53,344 nucleotides of DNA, taken from contig JBOZIK010000001.1 of assembly GCA_051453625.1 (NCBI GenBank), forward strand, positions 3,796,195 through 3,849,538, written 5' to 3'. Source of the stretch: Welwitschia mirabilis (Eukaryota). Positions 1 through 11,736 of the stretch are shown in pieces. The notes under the pieces were generated by a model that was not told the DNA's origin, searched no databases, and saw only the letters and a list, made by a program, of their open reading frames with translations. Each line of letters begins with the position of its first letter. Position 1 is the first letter of the stretch. Both the position numbers and the translations under genes were made by a program.

Positions 1-1387
1 TCACAAGTAAGGGTAGTTGTATCATTTCCACTCCTTGTCACCACCTTACAATCTTTTCATACTTCGTTATGATTCAATAAAGTTTGAGTGGCAAGGGTCC
101 CTTGTGATCTTTGATTGGTAAGCATGGTTTGTTATAAGATATTTATAAGATTTTTTATGTTTGTGTTTGTCTTCTCTTGAGTTTTTCTTAACTTCTCAAT
201 GGAATTACTAAGAGGATCACTATGGTTTTAGGAGTTGGAAGGGCTTGCCAAGTTATATGAATTAGGATAAGATGTTTGAAAATTTCTCGAATTTGGCTGC
301 TCACTCATCCTATTTTAAAAATTGTGACTTGGGACTTGTCTTTAATCATGGTTTTGCATGTAGTTAGGAGGTCTTTATTTGAAAGTATTCACTTTTTCAT
401 AGATTCTCTCTTTGTAAGTAGGAAGTAAAGGCACTATTTTGTAACATGGTAGCTATCTTCACACAAATCGCATGTTGGAATGATAACTTCACTTTTTTCA
501 GTTGCCACTTTAGCATCAAGGATCATCTGGGTGTATTTCTCTAAGGTAGAAGTAAAATCCTTGATGATGCTAGTTAGTTTATTTTCTATTTTGGTATCAG
601 TCTTCTCATACTTGACTTCTTTTATGTCCTTAATGATTTGGCCTATGGTTCGGTCTTCTCTAGAAGAGGGTTTAGGCCAAGTTTGACTTACTTCCACTAA
701 ATCTTCCAACACCTTCTAAGCATCTTTTAAAGTTTGGTTTAAGAGGTTACTTCTATAAGAAAAATCTACAAGTTTCTTGGTATGACTATTTAATCCACTA
801 TAGAAATAGTCAATTAACTCTACCTCTTAAAAGGCATTCACGGGATTTTAATGTAAAGAAATAAAGAATCGCTCATAGGCAGAGGCAGAGTCTTTATTAG
901 GTAATTGTTAAAAGTTTGTGACTTCTTTATTATGCTTCTGGATGGTGGTTTCACTCATGAATTTTTTAATAAAGGCTTTTTAAACTTAACTCCAAGATTT
1001 CAGGCTCTTATGGGGAATCATTCTAAGTCAAAGTTTTGCTTTACGTCTCAAGGTCATGGAAAAGATAACCATATAGGTTCTATCACTTTTTTTTTTTTTT
1101 TTGCCATTTTCAGAAGTAAGAATAAGTTGTTTGATTTTGATGACGTATTATAAAGGATATTCATCAAATTCTCCACTAAAGGTAGGATAGGCATTTAAGT
1201 TTTAAAGTTCTACATCATTACTAGAAGGTAAGTCAAAAGGGTTTTGCATTTCATGTTTTTTGGTTATGATAAGATCTCTCAAAGTAGCATAAGTATTAGG
1301 TTGAAAAGGAGTAGAAGTAAGGGTTCTAATAACTGGGACTGAATTTAAAGAGATATGTTATTTTTATTTTTGGTTGAAGGTCGACAT
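1..1387 (-). pseudogene. gag: Decayed gag of element A1
   Basis: ORF 434-712 ends in CDLCEDSYHVTK* followed by CL (CX2CX4HX4C-like knuckle) and is collinear with the gag of the 7774-29005 element. Many stops and frameshifts. Confidence 0.8.
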
Positions 1388-1832
1388 GGTATCAGACTCT
1401 GTAAAATTAAAATTAGAAATTGTAGAAAATTATAAATTTTGCATACCTAGGTTGTTTTAATTTGTTTTAATTTCAAAATTTAGCAAACCTTCTTTGATAT
1501 TTTTAGTAATTGACTGTCAATATCTTTGATATTTTTCCTTTTTTTTGATTTTAACCATTCAATCTTAGATCTTAGAAGGTAAAGTCCTATACATCATCTG
1601 AATGATAATCTGGATAACAGAAACAAGAAAACATAGACAATCACAGAAAGAGGGAAAGTAAAAAATAGGACAGTTGTTTGATTGTGATGTTTGGATGATG
1701 AAGGGGATGTTATAGGTTATCAAAAATAAAAACTAACATAAAAACTTACAGAAGATACTGGTACATTGCTACTATAGTAAACATCTAGAATATTCACTGA
1801 AGCAATGATAACTCTTGATTTTCAAGTAGCCT

Positions 1833-1850
1833 TCCCCAGTAATGGTGCCA
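1833..1850 (-). promoter_or_regulatory. Primer binding site, tRNA-Asp type (A1)
   Basis: Minus strand TGGCACCATTACTGGGGA versus the Athila PBS TGGCGCCGTTGCCGGGGA; only transitions differ; 3 bp from the LTR. Confidence 0.85.
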
Positions 1851-1853
1851 AGA

Positions 1854-2964
1854 TATTGCGGTGCGTATTTATGCAATGTTTTACATCCTAAGATAAATCT
1901 TGTTAATTGTAGATATTCTGCACAAACATAACACACTAGTACAGATGGGAGTAATCCAAAATGTCGTAATTTTATCGAAGGCCAATATATGAAAAATAAA
2001 GAGTTACTTTTATGAGAAAATTATGTAACCATAATTTACTGAAATAAATTGCAATACATGAAATTAAAATAAAACATTTTTATACAAAACTAATCTAGGA
2101 AAGGAAATAATGATACACCTAAACTACTTAAGCTCAATCTTAATAAAGGCTTCCCTCATAATCTATATAATAATATAAACCTATCACTGAATCTTAGATA
2201 ACATAAACTATAAGGGATAAGTTCCTTCATATATTAAATACAAAAGAAGATAATTCATATTAAAAAGCATAAAAGAATCTATATGATAAAGTAGTCGTTC
2301 CTCAATGGAGGAAACACCGCCCAACACCAAGGTAACATCTCTCTGGGATTATAAGATGATTCTTCGATCCCAAGATCTCCTATCACAAGTATATCAGGTA
2401 CTATTAAAGATGATTAGGGATCGAGGAGAAGACCCTTATTTATAGACAAAAAAAGAAGGAAAATTGATAGAAGAGTACAGGAAAAACCCTATCTAACATG
2501 CAAAGAAAAGTCACAATGAACTGGTGAAAACATGGATGAACATTCAGTACAATTATGAGAGAATAGTGTCGTCTTCCAGGTCATCCAGAGGATATAGGAT
2601 ACAATGCAAACTGATAATTAGAAGTCCTTATTTGCTTTAGTTGAAATACCTATGAACTTCATGTAAAGTGTTATCGATCAGTTTAAAGATGTTGTCTGCT
2701 AGTGACGTTTGGACGATGAGATGGGCAATGGTCTTTTCTCAACTTTTAGTTAGTTTGATCACTTTCCTATTTGCAGGAATCATTATCCAAAGTCTCATTT
2801 ATCCATATCTATATAAAATGCTTATAATTTATCTATAAATTACATGTTTTCATCCTTTTCATCTCGGTTCTTTATTATCATGAGAACTAAGCATTTATCT
2901 ACTAATTTACGTGTAAAACAACTTAGAGTACTCTATCAAATATACATAAGCTGGTGGTGCAACA
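1854..2964 (-). repeat. 5' LTR of A1
   Basis: Termini T(A)TTGC...GCAACA form a short inverted repeat; similar along its length to 7774-9041. Confidence 0.8.
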
Positions 2965-3966
2965 TCAACCCTAACTAATTTAACCTATTAAGTAAGTTAA
3001 ATAGAATGTAATTAAATTTATTCTAAAAATTCACTTAAACTACTATTATTAACCTTAATAAAGGCTTCTCTTATGACCTATATCATTAATGAGACTATCA
3101 CCAAATTAAGAACAACATAACCCATAAGGAATATTAAAAATTATTAATGAATAAAAGAAATAGATTTTATATTATCAAGCCATCATTTAGGTTACAAAGC
3201 AACTTCATTTCAATGGAGGATGCATAGCTCAACACCAAGAAGACATCTTTTTGCAACTACTCAAGGTGGATCTATTGTCCTTTGATCTCCTATCATGAGA
3301 ATTTCTGATGCATTAAATATGATAGTAGAATTAAAGGTTAGTTTTATTTATACAATAAAAAAAATGTAACTATCACTTAAGATGTAATAGTCACACTGAA
3401 GAATGCACTCAATCCTGAGAAAGAAATGAATGAAATGGATAAAATTTAGTAAGCCATTTTAGTATCATCCTGACTATCATGGAGATGATAATGAAAATGA
3501 TACCTCATAACAATGGATGAGTCATCATCTTCTAGCTTTATAATCAGCCTCGTAGTCAGCTTTAAATGTGTTATCATCTCAAATATCATGGGGATGACAG
3601 TAAGGATGAAACATCTTTAGAAAAGAGAACTCATTAGCTTCTAGCTCTAGTCCACATCAGCATTTTAAATAGCTACTAAAGTGTTGTCATCCTATCTATT
3701 ATTAGAATGACATTGGAGATGATAGTCCTTCTTATCTTTATAGCTTAAGAGAAATCAACCTTTTTTATTATTGATCTTCTGCTAGAGCATTAAGTATGAA
3801 AATTAGAATATGCCTAAAATGCCTCCAAATATTTAAAGAAATGCATGTTTCTATGATCATTCTATCGACTCTTCGTAATCACCAGAATTACATCTAAACC
3901 TATACAAATGTCCTTTAAAATTACTCAAAATACCTCATCAAAATCCTACAAATCAGCATTGCATCA
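2965..3966 (-). repeat. Partial Athila-family LTR (A0), interrupted by insertion of A1
   Basis: Collinear with about 8140-9041, e.g. AACCTTAATAAAGGCTTCTC and TACTCAAAATACC; ends ...GCATTGCATCA. Confidence 0.7.
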
Positions 3967-5339
3967 CATGGTAATAAAAATAAAAACTAATATAAACATT
4001 CAAAAATGTAAAAAGCAAATGACCTAAATTAATGGCTACTTTATTTAAAGTTTTGTAAGTTTTATATTTATTTTAATGGATTACAATGTAAAAGCAAATC
4101 ATGTATCTTCTAAGTATCCTATAAAAATCAAAAATTAGTTAGCAAACTTTCAAGTACATAAGTTAAAGAAAGTAAACACATAAGTATCTCCAAATCCCAT
4201 GTTTTTATTTCTATTTTCACTTTTTTGACAATCATACATGTTCCTTCTTTTAAGAATTTAGATCAAATCAATCATCTAGTGTTATGACATCATCTTCCAA
4301 TAGAATGAAGCATGTTATTTTATGAAAAAATTAGTGTTACGTTAATAGTAAGTTTCTATGACCTCGATGCAATTGAACATGTCATAAATAGATCATTAGA
4401 GCTACATTACTAGTGAGCATCCATAACTTAACTAAACCTAATTTTTAAGTGATCAATAGATAACATGCTTTTTAGATAGGAGATATTTCATTTTCATTTA
4501 ATCAATCCTTCTCATATTTAATCAAGTTTAATGTACATGAAAGGGATCATTAGCTTATTATCCTAATCAAGAGAAATCTTATCCCCATATAATGCTTTAG
4601 AACATGAAATTTTACCTTTGCTCAACCACATTTTTCAATTAGGACATCTTATGTAAAACTCACCTTAATGGGGTGAGTAAAAACAAGTAAAACCTTTTTC
4701 TTAAAAAAATAAAAGTAAACTTAAATTTTATATAATTCATAATAATAAGATGATTACTTATTAAGGTTTATTCATTAAGATCATTAACTAGGATCATCTA
4801 GTTTTAGAAACTCATGGATGAATGGAAGGAAAGAATGATCAATAAGTTCTATTAGGTAGTGCCAAAGTAAAAGGGATGAGTGATGAGGTATAACATAATA
4901 GTGATTTATTCTATACTATAGGTGGTGTTTGAAATTTCCTAAATAAAAATGTTTAAGATGATGATTGTATAGGTGGTAGTGCTTAGATCATTTTAAATGA
5001 GAAAGGCCATCAAGCACAAATGTTTTAACATTTTTATTTGTATAAATATAAATATATCCTAAAAGAGAAATTCAGTCTAAAAAAAAAACTAATCTAAAAG
5101 CATACAATAAAGCTAAAAAATTTGAAAAGGATTTTCCAACATTATGCATGTATGAAGGCTCAAAATGGTAATGAATGCAAGGGTTGAATGATAGATCAAA
5201 TTCATGTAAAGCATTTTATATTAGAAGAGAATCCATATAATTTTTTATGCTTAAATCTATAAAATTTTTAAGAACATCAATACAAGCAGTAAAATTTATT
5301 CATTCAAAATCAGAAATCATCCATTCTTTAGCTTTCTCC

Positions 5340-6567
5340 TATTTATTCAGCAACTCATGTAAGACATCATTTTAAGACAAAGATAAATTAGATACTACTT
5401 GATAAGGTAAATGTTCATTAATAAGGTTAATGATTCCAAAGTTAAAGAGGATTTGTCTTCTTCATTGAGGTTTGAGCCTTTCTTAGAAGGTAAAGATGAA
5501 AGTGGCATTATTATCTCAAATGTTTTTGAGAAAAATAATCTTCATAGGAAGGATCCTGAATGTTACCCTCTTTATTAAATTTATTAGGGGATTCTTCCTT
5601 GTGTGATTGCATAAGGAAAAATGGTTGTGGTTCAAAGAAGGATTCCTTTTCAATGTTGTCATTCTTATTAATGTTACTTCTTGATTCATTGTATGTTGTA
5701 TAACTTTCAAAGGTATTTCCTTCTTCAACTAGCTATTAATATTTTGATGATTGATCATCTTTTAATATGTTTAATTCTATACCAAAAAGTATAACCTTAT
5801 TGCACATAATCATTTATTCTCTAGTAAGTTTTTAAAATCAAGATCCTCATAGATCTTCTCATACATGGCTTTATAGATTTCTTCATGGGTTTCTTATTCA
5901 TTCCTAAAGGATATTTCTTGGATATCATCAATTTTACTAGTATTAATTCTTTCAAAGTTCTTAAGACTTATACTAAAAAGGTCATCCTTTTTCTATTAGT
6001 TAACAACCCTAATAATTTGAGCACTATTTTGAATTACTTATTAGAGAAGCTACTCAATATTTTCCTTAGTTTTATTGGTGGTTTATTCTAGAGAATATGA
6101 AGGATCTTAATCCCTGTTGAAAGATATTTAAGTAGCTCCCTCTAATAATATCCATAGGGTATCTTCTAAAGGAGGTGAGGAGGTTTGTTAAGTGTAGGAA
6201 TATGAATGATATTAATCAAATGATGAAGAATATAGAAAGGAAGATGAAGGGTAAGAGTTGTGAGGGGTGATGAAAGGAATGAGATCAAACTCTCTTTATT
6301 CAAAATATAGATTTTCAGATTTAGGATTATAAATATTTTGATTTAAGGATAGTCAAGGTTTTAGTATTCTAAGGTATTCTTCTAAGATTTTTCTAGTACC
6401 AAAAGGATGGTATAGATTATATTAAAGGTAATTCCCTAGAGATCAAATATAATCATCTATAGTTCATTTAGATTAAATGTAGTTCTAAAATTATAGAGAT
6501 TTTCATAGTTTCCATATATGAATTATAGTTCAGAAGGTATTTCAAATGGATTATGTACCCTATGCAT
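5340..6567 (-). pseudogene. Decayed ORF remnant of element C2 (low-complexity, possibly gag-derived)
   Basis: Begins ATGCATAGGGTACATAATCC (MHRVHNPFEIPSEL*) and is homologous to about 40950-42130. No RT, RNase H or integrase motifs seen. Confidence 0.4.
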
Positions 6568-7773
6568 GTTAAGTTCCAAAAAAAGAGTCAGTAGAAGTAA
6601 TTATAAGATCACATTTTCCTAACATTTTGAGAATTCAAAGTAGGCTTAGTATCAAAAATGTCTTAAAGGATTCAAAAGATGTCATAATAGAGTTTTAAAA
6701 GGTTTATAAGCAAGAAAGCTAATGGTACTAGTGAGGGAAGTCAACAGTGCTAGTTGTTTAAGGTAAAACAGTTTCACAAAGTATAGAGGTTATGTTCAGG
6801 TCTATGTAAAATGTTTTGAGTTATGAGATGTCAAAAAATATTATCAAAAAATAAAATCATCTATAACTTGAAAATAAACCCTAAATATTTTTTTAAATTT
6901 TAATACTAAAAATAAAGATAAATCAAAATTTAAAATTATAAAAAATAAAATTAAAAAAACAAACAGAATATAAAACATAAAAAAATGTTAGAGTTTAAAT
7001 CTAGTTTTTTAATTTTATAATCACAGATTTAGTTGCAACCTATGGAAAATTATTAGACCTACCATCTAAAATATAAAATACATAAGTATATTTTATATTA
7101 AATTTAAAAGTATAGATAGAACTTAATAACTTAGACTAGTTTAAGTTTTACTAGAAGAGGATCAGTACCCACTAATAGAAAAAGGAATAAACATACAAAA
7201 GAAAAATAAAATGAACAATATGGGTATTATTAGAAAAAAGATTTATATGCATCATTGAAAATGCAAGAATAAAAATCTTGCACTCTTGAAAAGCTACTGT
7301 ATTAATATACTTGACAACGATGCTAAAATTTATTCATGTAAGTATAATGAACTAGATTTAAACTAGGTAAGAATCTAGTATCATTCTTCTATAGGCTTAT
7401 ATATGTGGTAATTTAACAAAAGTGATACAATAATCTCAACTTGCAATAAAAATAAAAAAAAAAACATAAAATCAAAGTTGAAAATTTTAATGTAATCTTT
7501 GATTAATAATGTAAGAAAATTGATGTGCTTTAAAGATCTATCTCCTTCATCTAATACTCCGCCTTCACTCTAATTATTCCTACATTCCTAAAATATAAAC
7601 TAAGATTATTAAGACACTAAGGCTCAGGCTTGGTGACATAATCTCATCCACTACATGAGTGTTAATGAGTTACTCAGTCCCTTTAATCCTTTATAGCCCT
7701 TTATAAGCATGAAAAGTATGAGTGATTATGCATAAGATCCATTAAATGACAATAGCTACAAATCATAGAAGTA

Positions 7774-9041
7774 TGTTGTAGTGTGTATTTATGTAAACTT
7801 TACATCCTTAAATAAATCTTATAAATCACAAATATATATATATAGATTTTACACAATAAAGCATACTAATATAGATGGACATGACCCAAATGTTATAATT
7901 CCATCAAAGGCAGGGGTAAGAAGAAAGAGAATTGATTTCAAAAAAGAAAAATTTATATAACTTTAAAGTAAAACAACTAATAATGTAAAATATAATGCAA
8001 GTAAATATACTATATAAATAAAATGCAAATCCTATTCTACATGCAACTTCTATTTAATTACCAAATCAACCTGTCATAAAGATTAGTCCTATATAACCTA
8101 GATTAATCAAGGAATCAAGAAAATCTATCACTAGGTCAAAACCAACCTAAGATATTATGTACATTAAACAAAATATGAAAACAATTCAAAGTTAATCTAG
8201 GAAATGAAATGTAATGTACATAAATTAATAATGTAAACCTTAATAAAGGTTGTCCTCATGATCTATATCACCAATGAAGCTATTACGAAATCAAAAGAAA
8301 CATAAATCATAAGGGAATGCACATAATAAAAGATATAAAAATAGATTTTTAATTAAATCAAACTAGACATTTGTGTTACAAAGCAATAGCATCTCAATGA
8401 ATGATACATAATTTAAAATCAAGAAATACATCTCTTTACAACAACAATGGATGGACCTCTTGCCTTTTAATCTCCTATCACTAGAATTTTTTATGCCAAA
8501 GAAGATGAAAATGGAATCAAGAGTAGAGGAGGTATTTATTATAAAATATACTCCAAAATCAAAAAATATAAATAGATGCACTAATAACCCTAATAACCAC
8601 ATAAGAAAATGCAAGTCATGTGGCCAAAGTTTAATAAAGTTTGATGAAGTATTATTTCATGTGTCATCCTATTGATTGTCTGGATGTTACAGGAGACCAT
8701 GCCACATCATATAACTTTCACATTAGCCACTAGATTGATTTAGTAAGCATCCTCCTTAGCTTACGTAGTTTTATTATTCATATAGTTGTCTTGATGATTA
8801 GGTGGATGATGGGATTTTGTAAAGTATGTCTTGTATTGCATTAGCCTTTTCTATTACAAGATTATTTCTTCAAATGAAAAGTATTGTAAATTGGTTCAGA
8901 TGTTATCAAATGTAGTGAATATTGCATGTTCTCATGACATTTGCATTAGTTCTTCATTATTAAACTGACATAAACATGTCTAATGTCTTATAAAACTACT
9001 CAAAATACCCTATCAAATCCATATAATTTGGCAATGAAACA
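7774..9041 (-). repeat. 3' LTR of A2
   Basis: TGTTGTAGTGTG...GCAATGAAACA; direct repeat of 27738-29005. Preceded on the minus strand by the decayed PPT region GGCTAAGTGCAGGGCTA (9042-9058). Confidence 0.9.
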
Positions 9042-9539
9042 TAGCCCTGCACTTAGCCTTATCAGTCCCTAATAAAACCTAGTGAACAACCATAATTGCA
9101 AGCCAAATTGCCTAATAATAAATCAGCTAGGAAACTATAAAATAAACTCAAAAAGAATTTTAGAAATCTTATAAAGTAGAATAAAAATACCAAAAAAATA
9201 TAATTTAAAATTTCACTTGTGTAATGTAAGTGATCATACTATCATCCTAGTGATCATCTGGATGATGGAGGAAATGACAAGATGAAAATTTATTCTTAAA
9301 AAATAGAATCCTGTGAAAAAATTTTTAGAAACGTAAACATTAAATATACTAGTAATTAATAGCCCTCCACTAAAATGTACAATAGATAAAATATAATCAT
9401 GTATAACATAAACAATCCTCATTATGAAGTATCAAAAATGATATGTAAAAATATGCATGATATCCAATAATAAAAATATACACTATGAAGATACTCAAAA
9501 ATAATATGTACATATATATGTATAGAACAAGAAGGATAA

Positions 9540-10425
9540 TCAAGATTTGTAGAGAAATGGTGGTCAAGTGATGTTGTGATTGTATGTGCTATATTATCTC
9601 CCTATACTTTGACTATCTTTAGGAGGTCTACCATCACATCATGCTCTATCTATAAGTTGCACTTTGCATATTGACCAGCTACTCCTCAGTGCATTATACT
9701 CTTCTTTTGACTATTGTAATCCTTTACTCTAGTATAAAAATGCCTTAATGTATTATCTCTCTAATCATCTGTGTAGTCTTAGCCAAGAGAACTTGAATCT
9801 ACTCCATAGTAGCACTAACTATAGGTCTCTATACCTGAGGTCTCTCTGCATCTCCTAGTATCTGTATGCCCATATCCTGTAGTTAAGGATCTAAACTCTA
9901 AATGTAAGAAAATCTCTACTCACCTATAAGCTCTGGTATATCAAATTATCTAAACATGATTAAGATAATCCATAAATATCCTAGAGTCTAAATTTAACAT
10001 GCCTTTATCATAGTCCTAAGTCTCCTTTAGATGAATGTTGGTACGTCCATCTACTTCTTCTGCTTAAACACTATCAACATTCATAAGTATGCAACCATCA
10101 CGTGATTTTCGTGGAATGATAGATTAATATTATGAATCATTCCTCTATATCGAATTTGATAGGTAGGTAACAACTACGTAATCAAAACTCCCCACTTATT
10201 GAAAATTAAATTAGCTAGAATGTCAAGTGTTATGCCATAAGAACGGTGCTCTTCTGTCCCATCAATTGAATGTATATGAATACTCCTGATACCATTAGAT
10301 TAGTTACTATGCTAATGTTATTCAAAAGAATAACAATCTTATGACCTCAAATGGTGGCTATAATCATGTCGACAAGCTAGCCATGAGTGTTAGAATATCA
10401 CTTTATATGAATTGTATCATAAAAC
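9540..10425 (-). pseudogene. Athila extra (env-like) ORF, 3' half
   Basis: Minus-strand coding-like remnant (MLIVFKQKK*MDVPTFI*RRLRTMIKAC*I*TLGYLWIILIMF) located between pol and the 3' LTR; joins 18546 onward across the SIRE insertion. Confidence 0.55.
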
Positions 10426-11671
10426 TATTGAGATATAGTTTTCCAAGTTGATGTGAAGCTAACCTTTTTTATTTTAACAAAACATGTTGTATTCTTTACA
10501 AAAAATATTGATTCTTACAGGTTAGAAGCTGACTTTTTTTGTCATAAGCCTTACCTAAACCTAATAAGTTTTATATCCTGAAAGGGATCGATCAAATTCC
10601 TAAAGGGTTATCTAAGCTTTTACTATAAAGTATCAATAACAAATTAAAGAGGGGTCAATTAGATTCTTAAAGGGTCGATCATACCTAAGTAACAAATTTG
10701 ACATAGCTAAACATCAAGGGGTTGACTAAATTCCAAAGGAGTCAACTAGACCTAGAGTGAAATGTTTTCATTCTTTGTCATTAAGAGGTCAACTAGATTT
10801 TTGAGGAGTCGATCAGACGTGGGTTATAAATGTTGTTTTGCATTTTTCTAAACATGGAATCGACTGGACCAAAAATGTGGTTAACCAAATATGTAGTCGA
10901 ACATATCCCTGAGGGGTCAACTAGACATAAAGCCATAAGAATCTTGGGTCAACTAGAAGAAGATGAGGACAATTGATCTTAGTGAGGGTACTTGATGAGG
11001 GAAATTGGAAATTTGAAGGCATCGATCAGTTGTGATAAAAATAGGATTTTTCTAGTAATTTAGCCTCTCATTTTTATCTATTAGAGAATCTATTTCACTT
11101 TTAAAACCTTAATGTTTCTTATATATATTCATCAACCATTAAAATCACTATAGAATTTTTTTAGTACATCTTTTATTTGACTAAAGATGAACAAACATCT
11201 TTTGTTATCATTCTTACTTGATCAATCAGTTGGCCCTATATGTACATGGATTATACTATCATCTTAATAGTGTATCAATATTATCATTAAGATTTAGATT
11301 TAGTAGAACCTATGCATTATAGCATTACATTATCAACAAATAGCATTCTCTCTAAAGGTTGAGTCTAAGCCTCTAAAAAGTCTGATTGTAAAAGGTTACA
11401 GGTAAACTTGGAATACCTAGAAAGTGATTAATAAAGATCTAGATTAAGCTTGAGTAGAAGCTAATCACCGAGAGTGGAATAGGGGGTTTTTCAAATCACT
11501 ATAAATCATGTGTAAATTTTTATTGGTATTTTTTCTTTTGGTTATTTACTTTTATATTATTTTAGTTTTTCTTTTGCATAAATATTTTAGTATTCAATTC
11601 TTATGAAGATAGCTTATGAATTTATTTATTTTTTTAAATCCTATTCACCCTCCAAGGTACTAGATTCTTCA
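10426..11671 (+). repeat. 5' LTR of B
   Basis: Direct repeat of 17344-18540; ends CTATTCACCCTCC...TTCA; carries an array of GGTCGACC-derived motifs. Confidence 0.9.
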
Positions 11672-11673
11672 TT

Positions 11674-11685
11674 TGATATTAGAGC
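11674..11685 (+). promoter_or_regulatory. Primer binding site, tRNA-iMet type (B)
   Basis: TGATATTAGAGC versus canonical TGGTATCAGAGC, 2 bp after the LTR end. Confidence 0.85.
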
Positions 11686-11736
11686 TAGGTTGAGTCTTTG
11701 ATAGCTTCTAATAGGTTTAGATTCCTAAACCCTAAA

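Larger units (their letters stand above)
1..2964 (-). mobile_element. Athila-like Ty3/Gypsy LTR retrotransposon A1, 5' part (5' LTR, PBS, gag); continues beyond window start
   Basis: LTR 1854-2964 (TATTGCGGTGC...GGTGCAACA) is homologous to the LTRs at 7774 and 27738. An Asp-type PBS is adjacent, and the gag remnant matches 25992-26426. Confidence 0.85.

Noticed and set aside
480..1153. Plus-strand hydrophobic ORFs (480-686, 905-1153; likewise 26134-26322, 34611-34835, 38161-38406)
   Set aside because: Antisense shadows of minus-strand gag/pol remnants.
1833..1850. tRNA-like sequence (also 7308, 11674, 27717, 35266, 40213)
   Set aside because: These are 11-18 nt primer binding sites, not tRNA genes.
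8363..8675. Small ORFs inside LTRs (also 35486-35966)
   Set aside because: They lie in LTRs, have no recognisable motifs, and the ORF track lists no counterpart in the sister LTR.
10580..11030. Repeated palindromes with variable spacers resembling a CRISPR array
   Set aside because: The repeats are short, degenerate and irregularly spaced, duplicated in both LTRs, in a eukaryotic context with no cas genes.
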